Below, piece after piece: positions 27,235-41,849 of a DNA stretch of 64,000 nt. The DNA is taken from contig NC_043004.1 in NCBI RefSeq assembly GCF_006345805.1, forward strand, positions 33,046,001 through 33,110,000. Direction: 5' to 3'. Below the pieces are notes generated by a model that worked only from the letters and a program-made list of their open reading frames with translations, was not told where the DNA came from and made no database searches. The stretch comes from Octopus sinensis. Taxonomy: Eukaryota. The stretch's first letter is position 1. Each line of letters starts with the position of its first letter. The position numbers and the translations under genes were made by a program.

Positions 27235-28299
27235 TGGATGTGCCGCTGGTTCAAATATGAAAAGAAAAAAAAACGAGAGAATTTCTATGTCTATATGTGG
27301 CTGCATAAGAACCTAAAATATCATCGGAAGCATGGTACATTTTATTAATCCATACTTTCACGTGACTGGCAGCTGACAGTAATGTACTTCATCAACATGT
27401 AGAAAATTGTTCCAAACTTGGAATAATGGTTAAAAGTCCAAAACTCTAAAGCCAAATAAAAAACGAAAGAAACGTTGATTAATCAATAAACAACAAGTCA
27501 AAACTTTTGTGCCAGCTTTGAAGCGGGGAGGGGGTGTATTTCGCCAAATGTAGGAAAGAAATTTTTAGAAAGCTGATACCCAGTAGCAAAGGGCGTTTGG
27601 GAGTCACTGGTCCGTAGCCAGGACCTAAAATGTGGAAGGAGTAAAGCCCCATACGCGAAAGGTCTATGAATTGGTTCGATGACTCAGTTTGTAGTTAATA
27701 ATGGTTTCTTTTATTTGCCATAATACTTTTTATTTGTTTGATTTGGAGGAAGAAGTCGGCATCATGGCCTCCACAGCAACACGAAGTCTGGACTGGAGAT
27801 CGTTAATAAGAGAGAGAGAGAGGGAGAGAAAGAGAGAGAGACACATACACACGCAGAGGGGAGAGAGAGAGTGTGTGTGGGCGAGATTGAAGTTGATGGA
27901 GAAAGTTGTTTTTTTAATGGCTGACCTCATCACAGTTGACAATTGGGAATGACTGCAAAAGGCCAATAGGATGGTTAGTAGGGTCTTGGTGTCTTGTAAA
28001 TGGGATACACAACAGAGATTGAATTGCCTTGCTTAGATATCTACTACAGAGGTTACATATATTATCATATCATCCCTAGATACTTTGTGGATTGTGATCT
28101 CCGACGACAGATCGCTGGTCTTAAATAAAGTTCTAAACACGTATTGTATGTGTTATGTGTTGTTTGGGTTCTAATGGGAAAGACAACCAAATGAAAACTG
28201 TAACGAACTTAGTGTGAGTGAATATCTTCTCTGGACCTTTTGGGTGTGCGAGAAGCAATCACTTTCCGTTGCTTTAATAATCCAGATTCTCTACCAGTC

Positions 28300-28770
28300 A
28301 GAAACAACAAGACGCAGACGTAAAAAAATAGATATACTTTATTGTTTTATACCGGTGAGAAATCAGTGGTATATCTGATGTCCTTGGTTCTGGGCGCGCA
28401 AGGCTGAAAGTTAATCGATTGTAATATTTACAATGTTCAGCCGCTAAAAACAGAACGGGTTAAAGATGGCGTCCGGAACAGGGAAGATGATGTGGTCGGC
28501 AACAATTTGGTTAAAAGCTTTCGGCCGACTGCTGCTAGAATCAAATTCGGACAGAGAGAAAATATACGTGACCGTTGCCTTCGATAGCCATGTCTCAAGT
28601 CGCTGCATGCTGAACGCTGGTGGTCAACGTCTTACGATCCCCTTGCCTCGGCTAACTGCTACGTAGGCAAAAGGGTTCTTCTTCCGGTGGTGAAAGCACC
28701 AACTCCGCACGCGCGAAATACAAATGGACGATGCGCGAGCGCGCGCCGTTGTATAGGATCACTACAAAAC
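28300..28770. promoter_or_regulatory. CpG-rich promoter-like patch
   Basis: Local CpG enrichment in non-repetitive DNA; YY1-like AAGATGGCG (~28463), ETS-like CTTCCGGT (28681), NRF1-like GCGCGAGCGCGCGC (~28733), ACTACAA (28761). Confidence 0.5.
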
Positions 28771-29559
28771 CATTGTTTTGTTTACGTGTTTTATTTACTA
28801 TTCATGATACACGGACGACACATTACGGCGTAGTAATACATTATTTACCTTACACACAGTTTGTACTATTCACTACAAAATAGTGCCAAGAGTAGGGAGT
28901 AGTTTGGCATTCGCAAACACACAGATATGAATGTGTAACAGTATGCAAATGAGTAGACGCAGTTTTCTGTAGCTACTGAGTTTGTTGAGTATATAAACAC
29001 ATTGGTTGTTTGTTTCTCTGGTATTGGTCAAAATGATATAGACGCTTCTTATGAGAAGTCAATAAAGTTCGAAAACTGATTCAAGGCGCTCACCATTTTT
29101 TTTTTCATTCTACAGAAAAATAGGTTACGCATGTATTTATCGAGACAGAAAAAAGACATTGAAGAGTGGGTTTGATGAGGGTAAAGAGGAGCTCTGAGGC
29201 ACATTGAAGGTTTATGAAAGAAGTGACATTTCAAAATGATCGTCCTTACTGGTTTGAAACAAGCAAAACGCTTTTTGTGTGGGTGTGAAGAAAATTTTGC
29301 AAAATACTCATCTGGTGTTTGCAATGTTGTTGTTGGATGCAAAACGAACAGCAAATGTGGAGGGCTTTATCCGCATGTGCAAAATTTGCGAAACTATTAT
29401 CGTTGTGAAAGGGACTTAATTAGAAAGTAAGGGACATGTATGTAACCTCGAAGGATAAGAAAGGTTTTCTTTTTTGATGTGGTTGTTTGTTATTAAGAAA
29501 CATGTGAAAGCAGTAAGACTGTTTAAAGGTAATGTAAGATTGTGTAAGGTAGTGTATTG

Positions 29560-29895
29560 ACTACGAAGGGTAAACAAAAACGGTAGAAATTAATCTGGTA
29601 CTATAGGTTGTATGTATCATGTTATCTAGTTTGAATGATGGAATATAAGCGAACTGAGAAACATTGAGTGTTAAAAACAAACGTATGCTTATAAGAGACA
29701 CAGATAGATTGATTGGTATGGCTATGATAGGTGATCAGAGAATGAGTGCTGGGTGAAAGAAAAATCTATCGTTGCTGCCAGGGAAGATATATATTGATGA
29801 GGAAGACCAAGGAAAATGTGGGGATCAGATATTGAGGTTATAGTTCAAGGCAGTGGGACTTACAAAAGAGAAAGCAAAAGACGAAGAGTGACAAT
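29560..29895 (+). mobile_element. Decayed RTE LINE 3' end
   Basis: R.DWYGY...ENECWVKE...GRPRKMW...KAVGLTKEKAKD. Confidence 0.6.
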
Positions 29896-30142
29896 ATGTT
29901 CGATGCACCTATACATTAGCAAGAACATAAATGCACGCATGTGCATATACATACTGTGCATATACATACTGTGCCGATACATATGCGCAAACGTGGCCGC
30001 TTAGGTTTCTAAATTCCAATGAAAGAGCCTTGTTTCTGGGTTGAAAACTGATTCTTTATTAGAAAGAAATATTAAATGTAGAACCAGAACAGTCACGCGC
30101 ATATAAATACAGGCATACAAAGATAATACATACTTACGTACA

Positions 30143-30239
<97 letters not shown>

Positions 30240-30430
30240 GACTGTCTGTCTGTCTGTCTGTATGTCTGTCTGTCTGTCTATGCATACAAATATACATACA
30301 TACACATACAAACTTACAAACATGCATACATACATTCTACATACATACATAAACACACACACACATACATGCTATAAAAAAATATACATGCACGCATACG
30401 TACGTATACGTATACAAGAATAAGCACATA

Positions 30431-30790
30431 CTCTTTTACTTTAGTCGAGCAAATCGACCTCGGGACTTATTATTTGTAAGCCCAGTACTTATTCTATCGG
30501 TCTCTTTTGCCGAACCGCTAAGTGACGGGGACGTAAACACACCAGCATCGGTTGTCAAGCAATGCTGGGGGGACAAACACAGACACACAAACATATATAC
30601 ACACACTTATATATATATACATATATACGACAGGCTTCTTTCAGTTTCCGTCTACCAAATCCACTCACAAGGCATTGGTCGGCCCGGGGCTATAGCAGAA
30701 GACACTTGCCCAAGATGTCACGCAGTGGGACTGAACCCGGAACCATGTGGCTGGTTAGCAAGCTACTTACCACACAGCCACTCCTGCGCC
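30431..30790 (-). mobile_element. SINE family B copy
   Basis: Reverse complement of 8839-9262. Confidence 0.9.
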
Positions 30791-30924
30791 TATGTTACCA
30801 TTTCTATTATGAAGCCATAAACAACCTGTCTTTGTCTTGGGCAGCCATTCTTAAGTTATATACGAGAAGTCGTTCTCGTTTCAGAAACTGTGCCCGTTAT
30901 AACAGAGGTATATATATATATTAA

Positions 30925-31580
30925 GTCTCTTTAAGATGCTGTTTATCCTTTCAGTCAATTCCCTGTCCGTTTTAAGGAAATTTGAAGGATATGTGAATGG
31001 TCCACAGGAAGACAGATACACCAACCTAAAACATTGTTTCTTTGTGAAAGATCTAAAAGTTTATGCCATAAAATGGATGCTATAAAGAAATGCCTCGGCC
31101 TAGTTATGATATTCTTAAAAGACACAGGAATGGATTTTGGCCAGGATAAATATTTTCATATGATTGTAAAACCAGGAAGAACTAAAAGACCATCTGACGT
31201 CTAATAATTATGAATGACCTCATCATTTCTCTAATTTATGATAAAAAAAGGCCACTGGTGCTTAGGAGTTGATGGAAATATTTTATATGGAGGGGACTCG
31301 TAAGAAAGAGTGTGTTACCAGAGAATATCAAGCCAGGATAAACAAAATATGGTTCTCGGAACTTTCCACATCCAAAATCAATACGTTCGAGTGTTCATTG
31401 TATCAGTGTTCGTACAAACATTTGAGCTACGCAATCGGATGCGAGATGAGATCCAGGTTATTGATGTTAAAATCAGAAAATTGTTAACTCCTACTTGGCA
31501 TTTTCCCATTCATAGAGATGCAGGTCGCTTTTACTTAAAAGGATGCAAAGGTTTAAGCATTGATCTAAACAGCCTTTAAA
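30925..31580 (+). mobile_element. R4/Dong-like LINE reverse transcriptase fragment, decayed
   Basis: LFILSVNSLS...HCFFVKDLKVYA (FVDDLKLYA)...KDTGMDFGQDK...EYQARINKIWFSELS...IDVKIRKLLT...FYLK..KGL. Confidence 0.75.
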
Positions 31581-31715
31581 TGTGGCATCATATCCCTTCG
31601 GTAACATCTATCGACCACCAATCGTCCAAGACCCGCCATGGATCACGTCTGCATATATATTTACAGACACACGCACGCACACACACACACACACACACAC
31701 AACACACACACACAC

Positions 31716-31748
<33 letters not shown>

Positions 31749-32356
31749 GTCTACGTTGTTTGATGTCTAAATTCTAATGAAATAGTCTTGTTATTAGGTT
31801 AGAAACCGATTCTTTTTCCATTTGTGAGAAATTGAGAAAATAAAACCACGAACGAACATACATAAACAATGAAAGAAGCCAGATAACACGTATTCTTCGA
31901 AGTTAATCTTTCAGTGGAACAGTGTAAATATGTTATCGAAATTGCAAAGACAGGGCTTTGTTTCTTAGTTATAAACTAATCCATTCTTTAAAGGAATTAC
32001 CATTATTTATGGAACTCGTCCTAACATTCAATCCAAATACACTTCTCAAATGCCTCTCTGACACACGCCATCGCCAATTCCAACATCGGTGATTCTCAGT
32101 TTTGTGTTGCTTCAATTGACACAACGACAGCACACGGTCCTTCAAGGAGCATTCAACCAAAACTAATGTTGAATTCCTCGTTCATTCTTGGATTAAGAAC
32201 ATAATTACATGAAATCTCTCCACCAAAGTTAAAAGTCATTAGAAAGTGACAGGGACATAATACCAAGGTAGTTAATTTTAAAAAAAATCACTAGTATACA
32301 TGTATATAAATATACATACACGCACGCACGCATAAGTATGTTTATGTATCAACTAC

Positions 32357-32418
<62 letters not shown>

Positions 32419-32837
32419 GGCAGCTAGTTGGCAAAATCGTTAACACGCCGTTTAGATAGCTTCGCAGCAGTTGTCCAGGCTCTCTACACTGAGTTCAAAT
32501 CCCGCTGAGGTCAAATTTGCCTCTCCATCCTTTTAAGGTCAAAACTAAAGTACAAACATTGTACAGGCGTCGATTCTTTCTTTCTTCTTCTTTATTTTTT
32601 TCTTTCTTTCTTTCTTTCTTTCTCTAACAAATCCCATGCAGTTAGATTTGGAGAGAAACAGACACCGCCAGCTCTTATAGAACTACGATTCCAAGAAGGT
32701 AACGAATCATGTTACATAAACTCAACACCCCGACACACACCCACGCACGCACGCACACCCACATACACGTATGTATGCATGCATGCATGCATGTATGTAT
32801 GTATGTATGTATGTATGTATGTATGTATGTATGTATG

Positions 32838-32871
<34 letters not shown>

Positions 32872-33173
32872 TGTATGTATGTATGTATGTATAAAATGGT
32901 AGAGAAGCTCCAATAGGCTTAGAATATCTATATCATACTTGCTTTGCGTACTCCAACACACAGACGCTATTATATGTATATATATTGAATATATATATAT
33001 ACATATATACATACATACATACATACACATATATATATATATCTTAGTAAATATATAACTGATACAGTAACTTTATTTGCTAAAGATGACTAACTTGTTA
33101 TTACGGAGAATTTCGTCTTAAAACTTTATACATTTCTATACACGCAATAAAGTGTAATATCCATCCATCCATT

Positions 33174-33217
<44 letters not shown>

Positions 33218-33340
33218 CGCGCGTGTGTGTATGTGTGTGTGTGTGTGTGTGTATACACATTCATATGCACACACGGGTAGGTGTATATGTATTTACATGG
33301 ATATCTCTATCTATCTATCTATCTATCTATCTACCTATCT

Positions 33341-33408
<68 letters not shown>

Positions 33409-34199
33409 CGACGGTAATAGTCGTGAATGTGAGCAAGTACGTTTCTCCACAGCAACACTTTGGCAGTTTTCCAATGATATCAAATATTCCACTGACAAAT
33501 TATGGTCGGGAGACTAAAAGAATTTTTTTTTTCATATTTTACAAACACTTTACAATAAACTCAATAAAACCTGACAAAGAATAGAAAGCATTATTAATAG
33601 TTTGCTGTTTAGATTTTGTCTTACAACCTAGAGGTATTCGTCTACGTTATTATAATTGTCCTGTATATTTATATTGCCCTGGAGGCTAATAAATAAATAC
33701 GATTATAATTAGTTGTTGGTATTGTTGTTGTTGTTGGCCGAATCAACGAAGAACAGAGGTTTGTAGTTGTGATGTATTGAGTTACATCAGCAGAGATTCT
33801 GAGTTGAAACCAGAGAACTGTGATTGTGCACAAGTAACACTTCTTTGGACGATTAGGAATGGGGCAATTGGGCGCAGCTGTTTCGTACGCCCAGGTTTGG
33901 CGACGGTACTTCTTAACGTTCGAGGTAGGCACACACACACACACACACACAGACACATGCACGCACGCACACAGACATACACGAACGCTCGCAAACACAC
34001 ATACACGCACATGTACGCACGCAAACACGTGCACACACGCGCTCACACATACAAATGCACGCATATGCACATGCGCAGAAATATTCACAGAGTGAGAGAG
34101 AGAGAGTGAAAGAGAGGGGGAAAGAAAGGGAGAGAGACAGATAGAGAGTAAGTAGCCTTAGATAACAAGATCCCTCCTATTGGGTTACAGCAAGTAAAC

Positions 34200-35223
34200 T
34201 TAGATGCTAAGGACCCTCCTATGTATTCTAGCTGTCCCTAACAGCACTGTTTTCTGCAGCTGAACTAAACTGGGTTTTATGCCTATTTCCCTCTATCCAT
34301 CTGTTCAGATCTTTTGGGATAGTTCCCAATGCACATATAACTACTGGGATACATTTTACCCGCACTTTCCATAGTCTCTCTAATTCAATAGCTAGGGGCT
34401 GGTACTTTACTACTTTGTCTATACCTCTCATATTAATGTTCTCATCATTTGGGACTGTAAAGTCAGTTATACTCTTTTACTCTTTTACTTGTTTCAGTCA
34501 TTTGACTGCGGCCATGCTGGAGCACCGCCTTTAATCGAGCAACTCGACCCCGGGACTTATTCTTTTGTAAGTCCAGTACTTATTTTATCGGTCTCTTTTG
34601 CCGAACCGCTAAGTAACGGGGATATAAACACACCAGCATCGGTTGTCAAGCAATGCTAGGGGGACAAATACAGACACACAAACACACACACGCATATATA
34701 TATACATATATACGACGGGTTTCTTTCAGTTTCCGTCTACCAAATCCACTCACAAGGCTTTGGTCGGCCCGAGGCTATAGTAGAAGACACTTGCCCAAGG
34801 TGCCACGCAGTGGGACTGAACCCGGAACCATGTGGTTGGTTGACAAGCTACTTACCACACAGCCACTCTGGCACTTTCTATTTTCTTTATCTACTACTAC
34901 CAAATCAGGCCTGCTAGCTTCTATTATTCTGTCAGACTGAATATTAAAGTCCCACGACATCTTGTATTTCTTACTTTCTACTACTTTACATAGTTCGTGT
35001 TCACACCATTCATCACTATGTTCAAATCCTAGCTTTGTACATCACTCCCAGTAGACTGCTCCCTCTACATTGTCATGTCTTTTCTTGTATTCTTTTTGTG
35101 CCACCATGCTACATTCACTTATTATATGAGTAACGCTTTCGTCTTTTGATTTGCCTAATCTACATTGAGCATCTATTCGGATTTTGTGTATTTCGGCTTT
35201 TATCCAATTAGTCTTTAATGCTT
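34200..35223 (-). mobile_element. 5'-truncated R4/Dong-like LINE: CCHC knuckle plus restriction-like endonuclease, interrupted by SINE B
   Basis: CRLGKSKDESVTHIISEC...YKKRHDNV...WDFNIQSDRIIEASRPDLVVVDKENRKC / ITDFTVP...KVVKYQPLAIELERLW...IPVVICALG...LQKTVLLGTARI. Confidence 0.9.
34470..34868 (-). mobile_element. SINE family B inserted in the RLE domain
   Basis: Family B sequence; the LINE reading frame resumes on both sides. Confidence 0.9.
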
Positions 35224-35278
35224 GATCTTATTGTTGTTGTTGTTGTTGTTCTTGCTGCTGCTGCTGCTGTTGTTGTTG

Positions 35279-35339
<61 letters not shown>

Positions 35340-35944
35340 CATCATCATCATCATTATTATTATTATCATTGTTATTTGCTGAAAGGAGTCACGAATTTTT
35401 ATTGTTCCATGGAAGTGACATATTTGTTGTCGACCTTGCTCATTTATATAATTTTTTTTATTATTTATTTTTCGGTAAATTTGCTCTGATTTGCAGCAGA
35501 ACTGACGAGCGAGGCTATGCGCTGGTCTAATTCTTCTGGCGCCTGTTTAGGCGACATTTTTCTTTACAATTTTCGAAAATACTCTTTAAAAAACAGTATT
35601 TATTTTAAAATGGTGGCGATTGTGCTGTTTAAGGCAATAAAAAGAAACAAATATGAGAAAATGAGAGGAAACACGAACAGGAAGGCGGAGCATCTCTCTT
35701 TTAATTACACAGAGTGGGGAAACATAAAAATTACACCTCTCATTCCAAGCATCGGTGGCTGCGTTGGCAGCGATATTACGTCCTCCAGCACGATCACCAC
35801 CGTCGCCATCAACTACATCACCTGTGTCAGTCATACTGTGGTGGCGGTCATGACACCGAGGAGGTTGGTTACAGAATACCAGAATTGTAACGCCTTCCGT
35901 GGACGAAAACATCATCAACAATAGCAGCAACAACAACCACAACA

Positions 35945-36470
35945 ACTGGCATTCCATCGGTGACGAAGACAAGGGTTCCAATTGATTCGATCGATGGAAC
36001 AGCCTGCTCGTAAGATGAACGTGGAGGTGGCTGAATACACACGTATCTTTAACGTGGTTCTCAGGGAGACTCAGCGTGACACAGAGCGTGGCAATTTCGA
36101 CCCTATGAATTACAGGTATCACATGAAATAAAGCGTCTTGCTCAAGGACACAGTGCATCGTCGGGAATCGAACACATGACTTTACGACCGTGAGCCAAAT
36201 ACCTATTTCTCTATTACCCACAAGGGGCTAAACATAGAGGGGACAAACAAGGACAGACATAGGTATTATGTCGATTACATCGACCCCAGTGCGTAACTGG
36301 TACTTAATTTATCTACCCCGAAAGGATGAAAGGCAAAGTCGACCTCGGCGGAATTTGAACTCACAACGTAACGGCAGACGAAGTACCGCAAAGCATTTCG
36401 CCCGGTGTGCTAACGCTTCTGCTAGCTCGCTGTGAGCCAAATACCCGAATCACTAAGCCACGCACCTTCA
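35945..36470 (-). mobile_element. Older SINE C-like copy interrupted by SINE A (36204-36431)
   Basis: 14-bp TSD gtgagccaaatacc at 36190-36203 and 36432-36445. Confidence 0.85.
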
Positions 36471-36957
36471 ATGCAACAGCAACAACAATTGCAAATCTTT
36501 CTTTAAAATGATTGTTCAAATAAGAAGGAACTGGAAAGAACAGCCAAAGCATTCGAAGGCTGAGTGCCAGGAAAAGTGTGTTAGGAATATTGTGGGATTG
36601 GATCTAATATCTTTACCAGTAGAACTTTCGAAGGAAGAGGGTAGAAATATTACTTCCGAATGTGACTGTAAAAAGTCTCCAGTAGATTCAGCATCCCACG
36701 CCATCGCAAGTCCAAAATTTCTTCTAAAAGTTATGGGACGCATGCATATGCGGCACGTCTGCTTTTACAATGGTCTCTCAGACTTTCATATGATTCCATA
36801 TACTGCGGCTCGTTCATATTGCTGCCGTTTGAAGATAAGCCTTCCTTCAATACGAAAGGAGAAGACGGAATGTTTTTTTTAATGTGCCACAGTTACATGA
36901 CGAAACGTAGATGGGAGAATTTTGCTAAACGACGGCTTTTCTTCACCGCAGAATTAA

Positions 36958-37028
<71 letters not shown>

Positions 37029-38370
37029 AAGCAAAGAGGACAATTGCATTACTCGGCTTAGGAAAAGACAGAATCGGATTAAATGTTTCTTCGTGTCAAG
37101 TAGTACAAGCTCTCCAGGACATCTCGAGAAGAATGATCTCAATTGAAAAAGGCAAAAACCTATGTCACAGTTTGCCTTGAGTGAGGACTCAGCGAAAACA
37201 CAAACTGAAATTGTTAGACGTACCTTTGAGTAAACATTTGTACCCTAGTATGTGAGTCAAAGAATCACAAAAGTCACAATAAGAGACATTGGATGCGACT
37301 GAAAACCCATGGTTAATCATCACTTTGGTGTCGCAATAAGGCAAGCTGAACGGAAACAGAGTTCTGTGGTTAGAGGAGGTTGAAACAGACGTGTAAGTTC
37401 CGAAGACCACAGAGCTGTATCGAGACTGCATCCAGTTGAAAGTCCACTTGTTATATTTGTCGGGGTAATGCATATCTTAGAGTTGAATACGCAAAAGAAA
37501 TGGGAAGATTAAGCAAAAGAAAATAAAACGAAAATAATGAAGGGCAATAGCAAGAACAAACTTCAGTCTCTAGAACGCCATCATCCAAAACTCTGGAAAT
37601 AGAAAAAGGAACTATTTTTAGACCCAGCATCACAATTAGTACTCTAAATATACCAACCTGTAGCACCACACATTCATCGTGTGATGAAAGAAAAATAATT
37701 ACATATAAAGATTCTCAAATTCTCGATAAAAATACAAAGGGAACAAATTGGGGGAAATCACGGCAAATGATGACAACAGAAAAACTAAAAAGATGAGAGG
37801 AACAATTTGTTGCAAATGACAACGAAATCCCTCATCAAGAAAATAAGGAAGAAAATAAAGAGGCTGAAGACGAAGATTCGCCGGTCTTCGAAAATCAAGC
37901 ACATACTTAACAAAAGTATGCGTCTTTCACACCACGGACTGTCCCAAGAGGTTAGAATGACATACAAACAATTAGATTCGGAATATAAACAATGTACAAG
38001 AAATAGATTATTGGTAAAAGTAAAATTAAAACATTTCACTTAAATGTAATAGAACGCTCTCAAGATATTGGCGTTTTTCAACACTAAGCGTCTAAAATAA
38101 ATGCCTACTGATACATTCGGTTGCACCCAAATGCAATTTAAAAAGTGGTTCAGGTGAATGGGTTTACGGAGTACTCAACTCAGCCCAAGCAGTGAAATCG
38201 TTCTTGTTTAATTTCATTATATTATATTTTGTTTTAATTATTTTTATTGTTGTTTTTATCTATTTCCGTGCAAATGTTTGTGCATACATATATATGTATT
38301 TATGTATGTATGCGTGTTTTGTATGTGTGAGTATATGTATGTATGTTTGTATGTGTATGTTCATATATAT

Positions 38371-38406
<36 letters not shown>

Positions 38407-38418
38407 CATGGAGACATA

Positions 38419-38486
<68 letters not shown>

Positions 38487-38514
38487 CATACATATACATA
38501 TATATGCGTAAGTA

Positions 38515-39285
38515 AGACTGTGGTAAGAAGTTTGCTTCCCAACCATACAGTTCCGGGTTCAGTTCAGGCAGGTGTCTTCTACTACAGCCTCGGTCCGACA
38601 AAAACCTTGTGAGGGCATTTGGTAGACGGAAACTGAAAGAAGCCCGCCGTATACGTATGTATGTGTGTGTATTTATGTGTGTGTGGAGGCGCAATGGCCC
38701 AGTGGTTAGGGCAGCGGACTCGCGGTCGTAGGATCGCGGTTTCGATTCCCAGACCGGGCGTTGTGAGTGTTTATTGAGCGAAAACACCTAAAGCTCCACG
38801 AGGCTCCGGCAGGGATGGTGGTGATCCCTGCTGTACTTTTTCACTACAACTTTCTATCACTTTTACTTCCTGTTTCTGTTGTACCTGTATTTCAAAGGGC
38901 CGGCCTTGTCACTCTCTGTGTCACGCTGAATATCCCCGAGAACTACGTTAAGGGTACACGTGTCTGTGGAGTGCTCAGCCACTTATACGTTAATTTCACG
39001 AGCAGGCTGTTCCGTTGATCGGATCAACCGGAACCCTCGTCGTCGTAACTGACGGAGTGCTTCCATCCATTTATGTGTGTGTTTGTCCTCCACCACCGCT
39101 TCACAAACGGTGTTAGTGTGTTTACCCGTAACTTAGCGGATCAGCAAAACAGAGTGATAGAATATGTACCAGGCTTTAAAAAAAGTTCAGGGTCGATTCA
39201 TTCGATCAAAAATTTCTTCAAGCCGGTGATACAGCATGGCCGCAATCTAATGGCTAAAACAGACATAAATGATAAAATACAAAAG
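38515..39285 (+). mobile_element. SINE B with SINE C (38685-39068) nested in its internal microsatellite
   Basis: SINE C head ggaggcgcaatggcccagtgg (A box) and ggtttcgattccc (B box); TSD atttatgtgtgtgt at 38671-38684 and 39069-39082. Confidence 0.9.
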
Positions 39286-39773
39286 AAATATTATTATGGA
39301 AAGCAGTGGTAAATACTCTTTCATTAAGGTAATATAAAGAATTAACCCTAAAACTTTGGCAATATTTTACTTCCCTGTTGGTGAATATTGCTTTTATTTC
39401 AATGATTTTCCCGTTCGTAAAAATAATGAGGAAACCGAGAAATTTGTTTTAAACATTCATGAAAATGAATCATGTAGAATCATCGTTATTATTTCCATTA
39501 AGAGCATTCCCCAGCAGCCGCACCTCCATCACCAGTTCATTGCGATCACAAATGTCAAATAAAGTAGTTGTTTAGAGAAACAACTGAATATTTTAGCTGG
39601 TGTCAACATGTGCAGAGTTATCATTATTAGTTGTTATTACTAGTGTTGCTCGTTGATGAAATTTTTTTTTCTTGATATTCCAGCACGGCTACAATAATTT
39701 ATTATCATTTTCATGCAAATGAAATGCAAACAACCACGACAGTAGTAATCATAATAATATTGGCTTTTTAATA

Positions 39774-39836
<63 letters not shown>

Positions 39837-39838
39837 CA

Positions 39839-40068
39839 AAGCGGCGAGTTGGCAGAATCGTTAGCACGCCGGGCGAAATGCTTAGCGGCATTTCGTCTGC
39901 CGATACATTCTGAGTTCAAATTCCGCCGAGGTCGACTTTGCCTTTCATCATTTCGGGGTCGATAAATTTAATACCAGTTATACACTTGGGTCGATATAAT
40001 CGACTAAATCCCTTTGTCTGTCCTTGTTTGTCCCTTCTATGTTAAGCCCCTCGTGGGCAATAGAAAAT
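39839..40068 (+). mobile_element. SINE family A copy between (TTA)n and (AAT)n tracts
   Basis: Full head, Meta core and tail. Confidence 0.9.
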
Positions 40069-40078
40069 ATTATTATTA

Positions 40079-40132
<54 letters not shown>

Positions 40133-40135
<3 letters not shown>

Positions 40136-40690
40136 GCCCTGATGCAGTACCAGGCAGTGGCTCTCATGGCTTCTCATCTTAACTGATTGGAAGTGTTATC
40201 ATGTACATTGTTTTGTCTTGGTATAAAAGATGGGCTACAGCAAATATTCTGCTCAATACCACAGATTTGCTTGTCAGTTGTTTGACCTTAACCAGTTGAG
40301 CATGTCCCTTAGTGGCTGACGATATGTGCATCTCTGATCACGAGCAGAAGTAGTGGGGGAGCATCATAGCCATGTGTTGAGAAGGATTCTTTGGGGTTTG
40401 AATAATTCACCTCTGGAAACATGGGTGTTTCGTTCAACGTCCTTAAACAACCCTTATTCAGGGACCTTTTGAGCGGGATGGGTTACTCGATCTGAAGAAA
40501 ATTCTAACTGGGCTCCACCTGCAAGGTCATGTGCTGTTTATCTTGATATGAGATCACCATGTCGCGCACATATGGTTGTGATGCATGTGCCTGGTGTACC
40601 CTTATCAGACGGGTAGTCATGATGGGTATATTGGTCTTCGTATATTTTACCCCAGTGTCACTTTGATGGCATGCTCTGCTCGCTCACTCA
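40133..40690 (+). mobile_element. ~560-bp non-coding element embedded in (AAT)n
   Basis: Sharp (AAT)n flanks on both sides; I recall this sequence as an abundant octopus repeat; no convincing ORF. Confidence 0.55.
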
Positions 40691-41849
40691 ATAATAATAA
40701 TAATAATAATACTCCTTTCTGTATTGGGTCACAAAACCCCATACTTGGCAAACAAAACCAGTCATATTAAATGGTTACAACCCTGCAGGGATGTATACAC
40801 ATATAAACGACATTTGGCGCAAATACGTAATACAGTATATTAAAATATACAATATATTATACAAAGTATACCGTATAACATATTTATTATATTAAGAAAG
40901 GTTTAAGCTTTAATATACAAATCAGATAGGGGCAGAAACTTGTATTTTGGTAGACTTATCGCCCTCGATGACATCAACCACTTTTTGCCTTGACACCTTT
41001 CTGAAAACTGGGTACTTCCAATTTGTCTTTCTGCTGAAACCCCCTCATTATGTAGGGAATCGTTCTTTGGCTGAATATAGATATATGATGTGAGAATATC
41101 CCTGGACAGGCATATGCTGCATTAGACACATGCCTTCACCAGTCGTCCATTCCACATATTCTACTGCCCTAAATACTTTTTACCGGAGACGAAGTAGGCC
41201 TCTGCAGTTTTGTCGACAGCACGAATAGGTTGCTTTCTGTCCTATTCCAGCGTGAATGATTGCTTCGAGCAAAAATGCACTTGTTTTTGTTATGTAGTGT
41301 TACCACGTTGTTTTTCGTCTGCTTAAATACTCGATATTTAATGTTCGTCAGTTGCAGAACATGCTAGCAAATGACAAATTTAAATTTCAAACACTAAAAA
41401 ATACAGAATTATTTTCGTATGGCACTAGTTGTGAGTGTATGAGAGAGAGTATTGTTGTGGTTGTTTATTTTTTCAATATAATGCATCGTCGAAACAGTTC
41501 TCATCAGTGATTATAATCCACAGAAACGTTACAACTTCTTTTTCCCTTGTGTATATATGTTATTATAAAATAACCTTGTCAAACTCTTTGTTTTGTCTTT
41601 TTCTTTCCTATATTCCGTGGAATTAAGTTCAGACCCAATAGGTTTGTATGCGTGGAAATATCTGTCACGGTGTTGTTCATATATTGATAGAAAATAACAA
41701 TAAAATACACAGAACCCTAAAGCCGGTGAATACAAACTTCAAGACAGTTCAAACTCATTTTTAAGAAAGTAGTTTAAAATTTTTTACGTTTATGTATTTG
41801 TTTTGCAAAGATTGTGATGTGAAAAAATGACCATCCCGAAATATCTTTC

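Noticed and set aside
36500-36760. Possible hAT dimerisation-domain remnant on the minus strand; 124-aa ORF on the plus strand
   Set aside because: Needs several frameshifts; the plus-strand ORF has no recognisable domain
37150-38040. Possible LINE ORF1 zinc-knuckle remnant (PTCYICRGNAYLR)
   Set aside because: CCHC motif incomplete and the frame is broken; cannot be assigned without a search
38685-38760. tRNA-like cloverleaf (also at 49240-49308 and 51968-52040)
   Set aside because: SINE head followed by a SINE body and TSDs, not a tRNA gene
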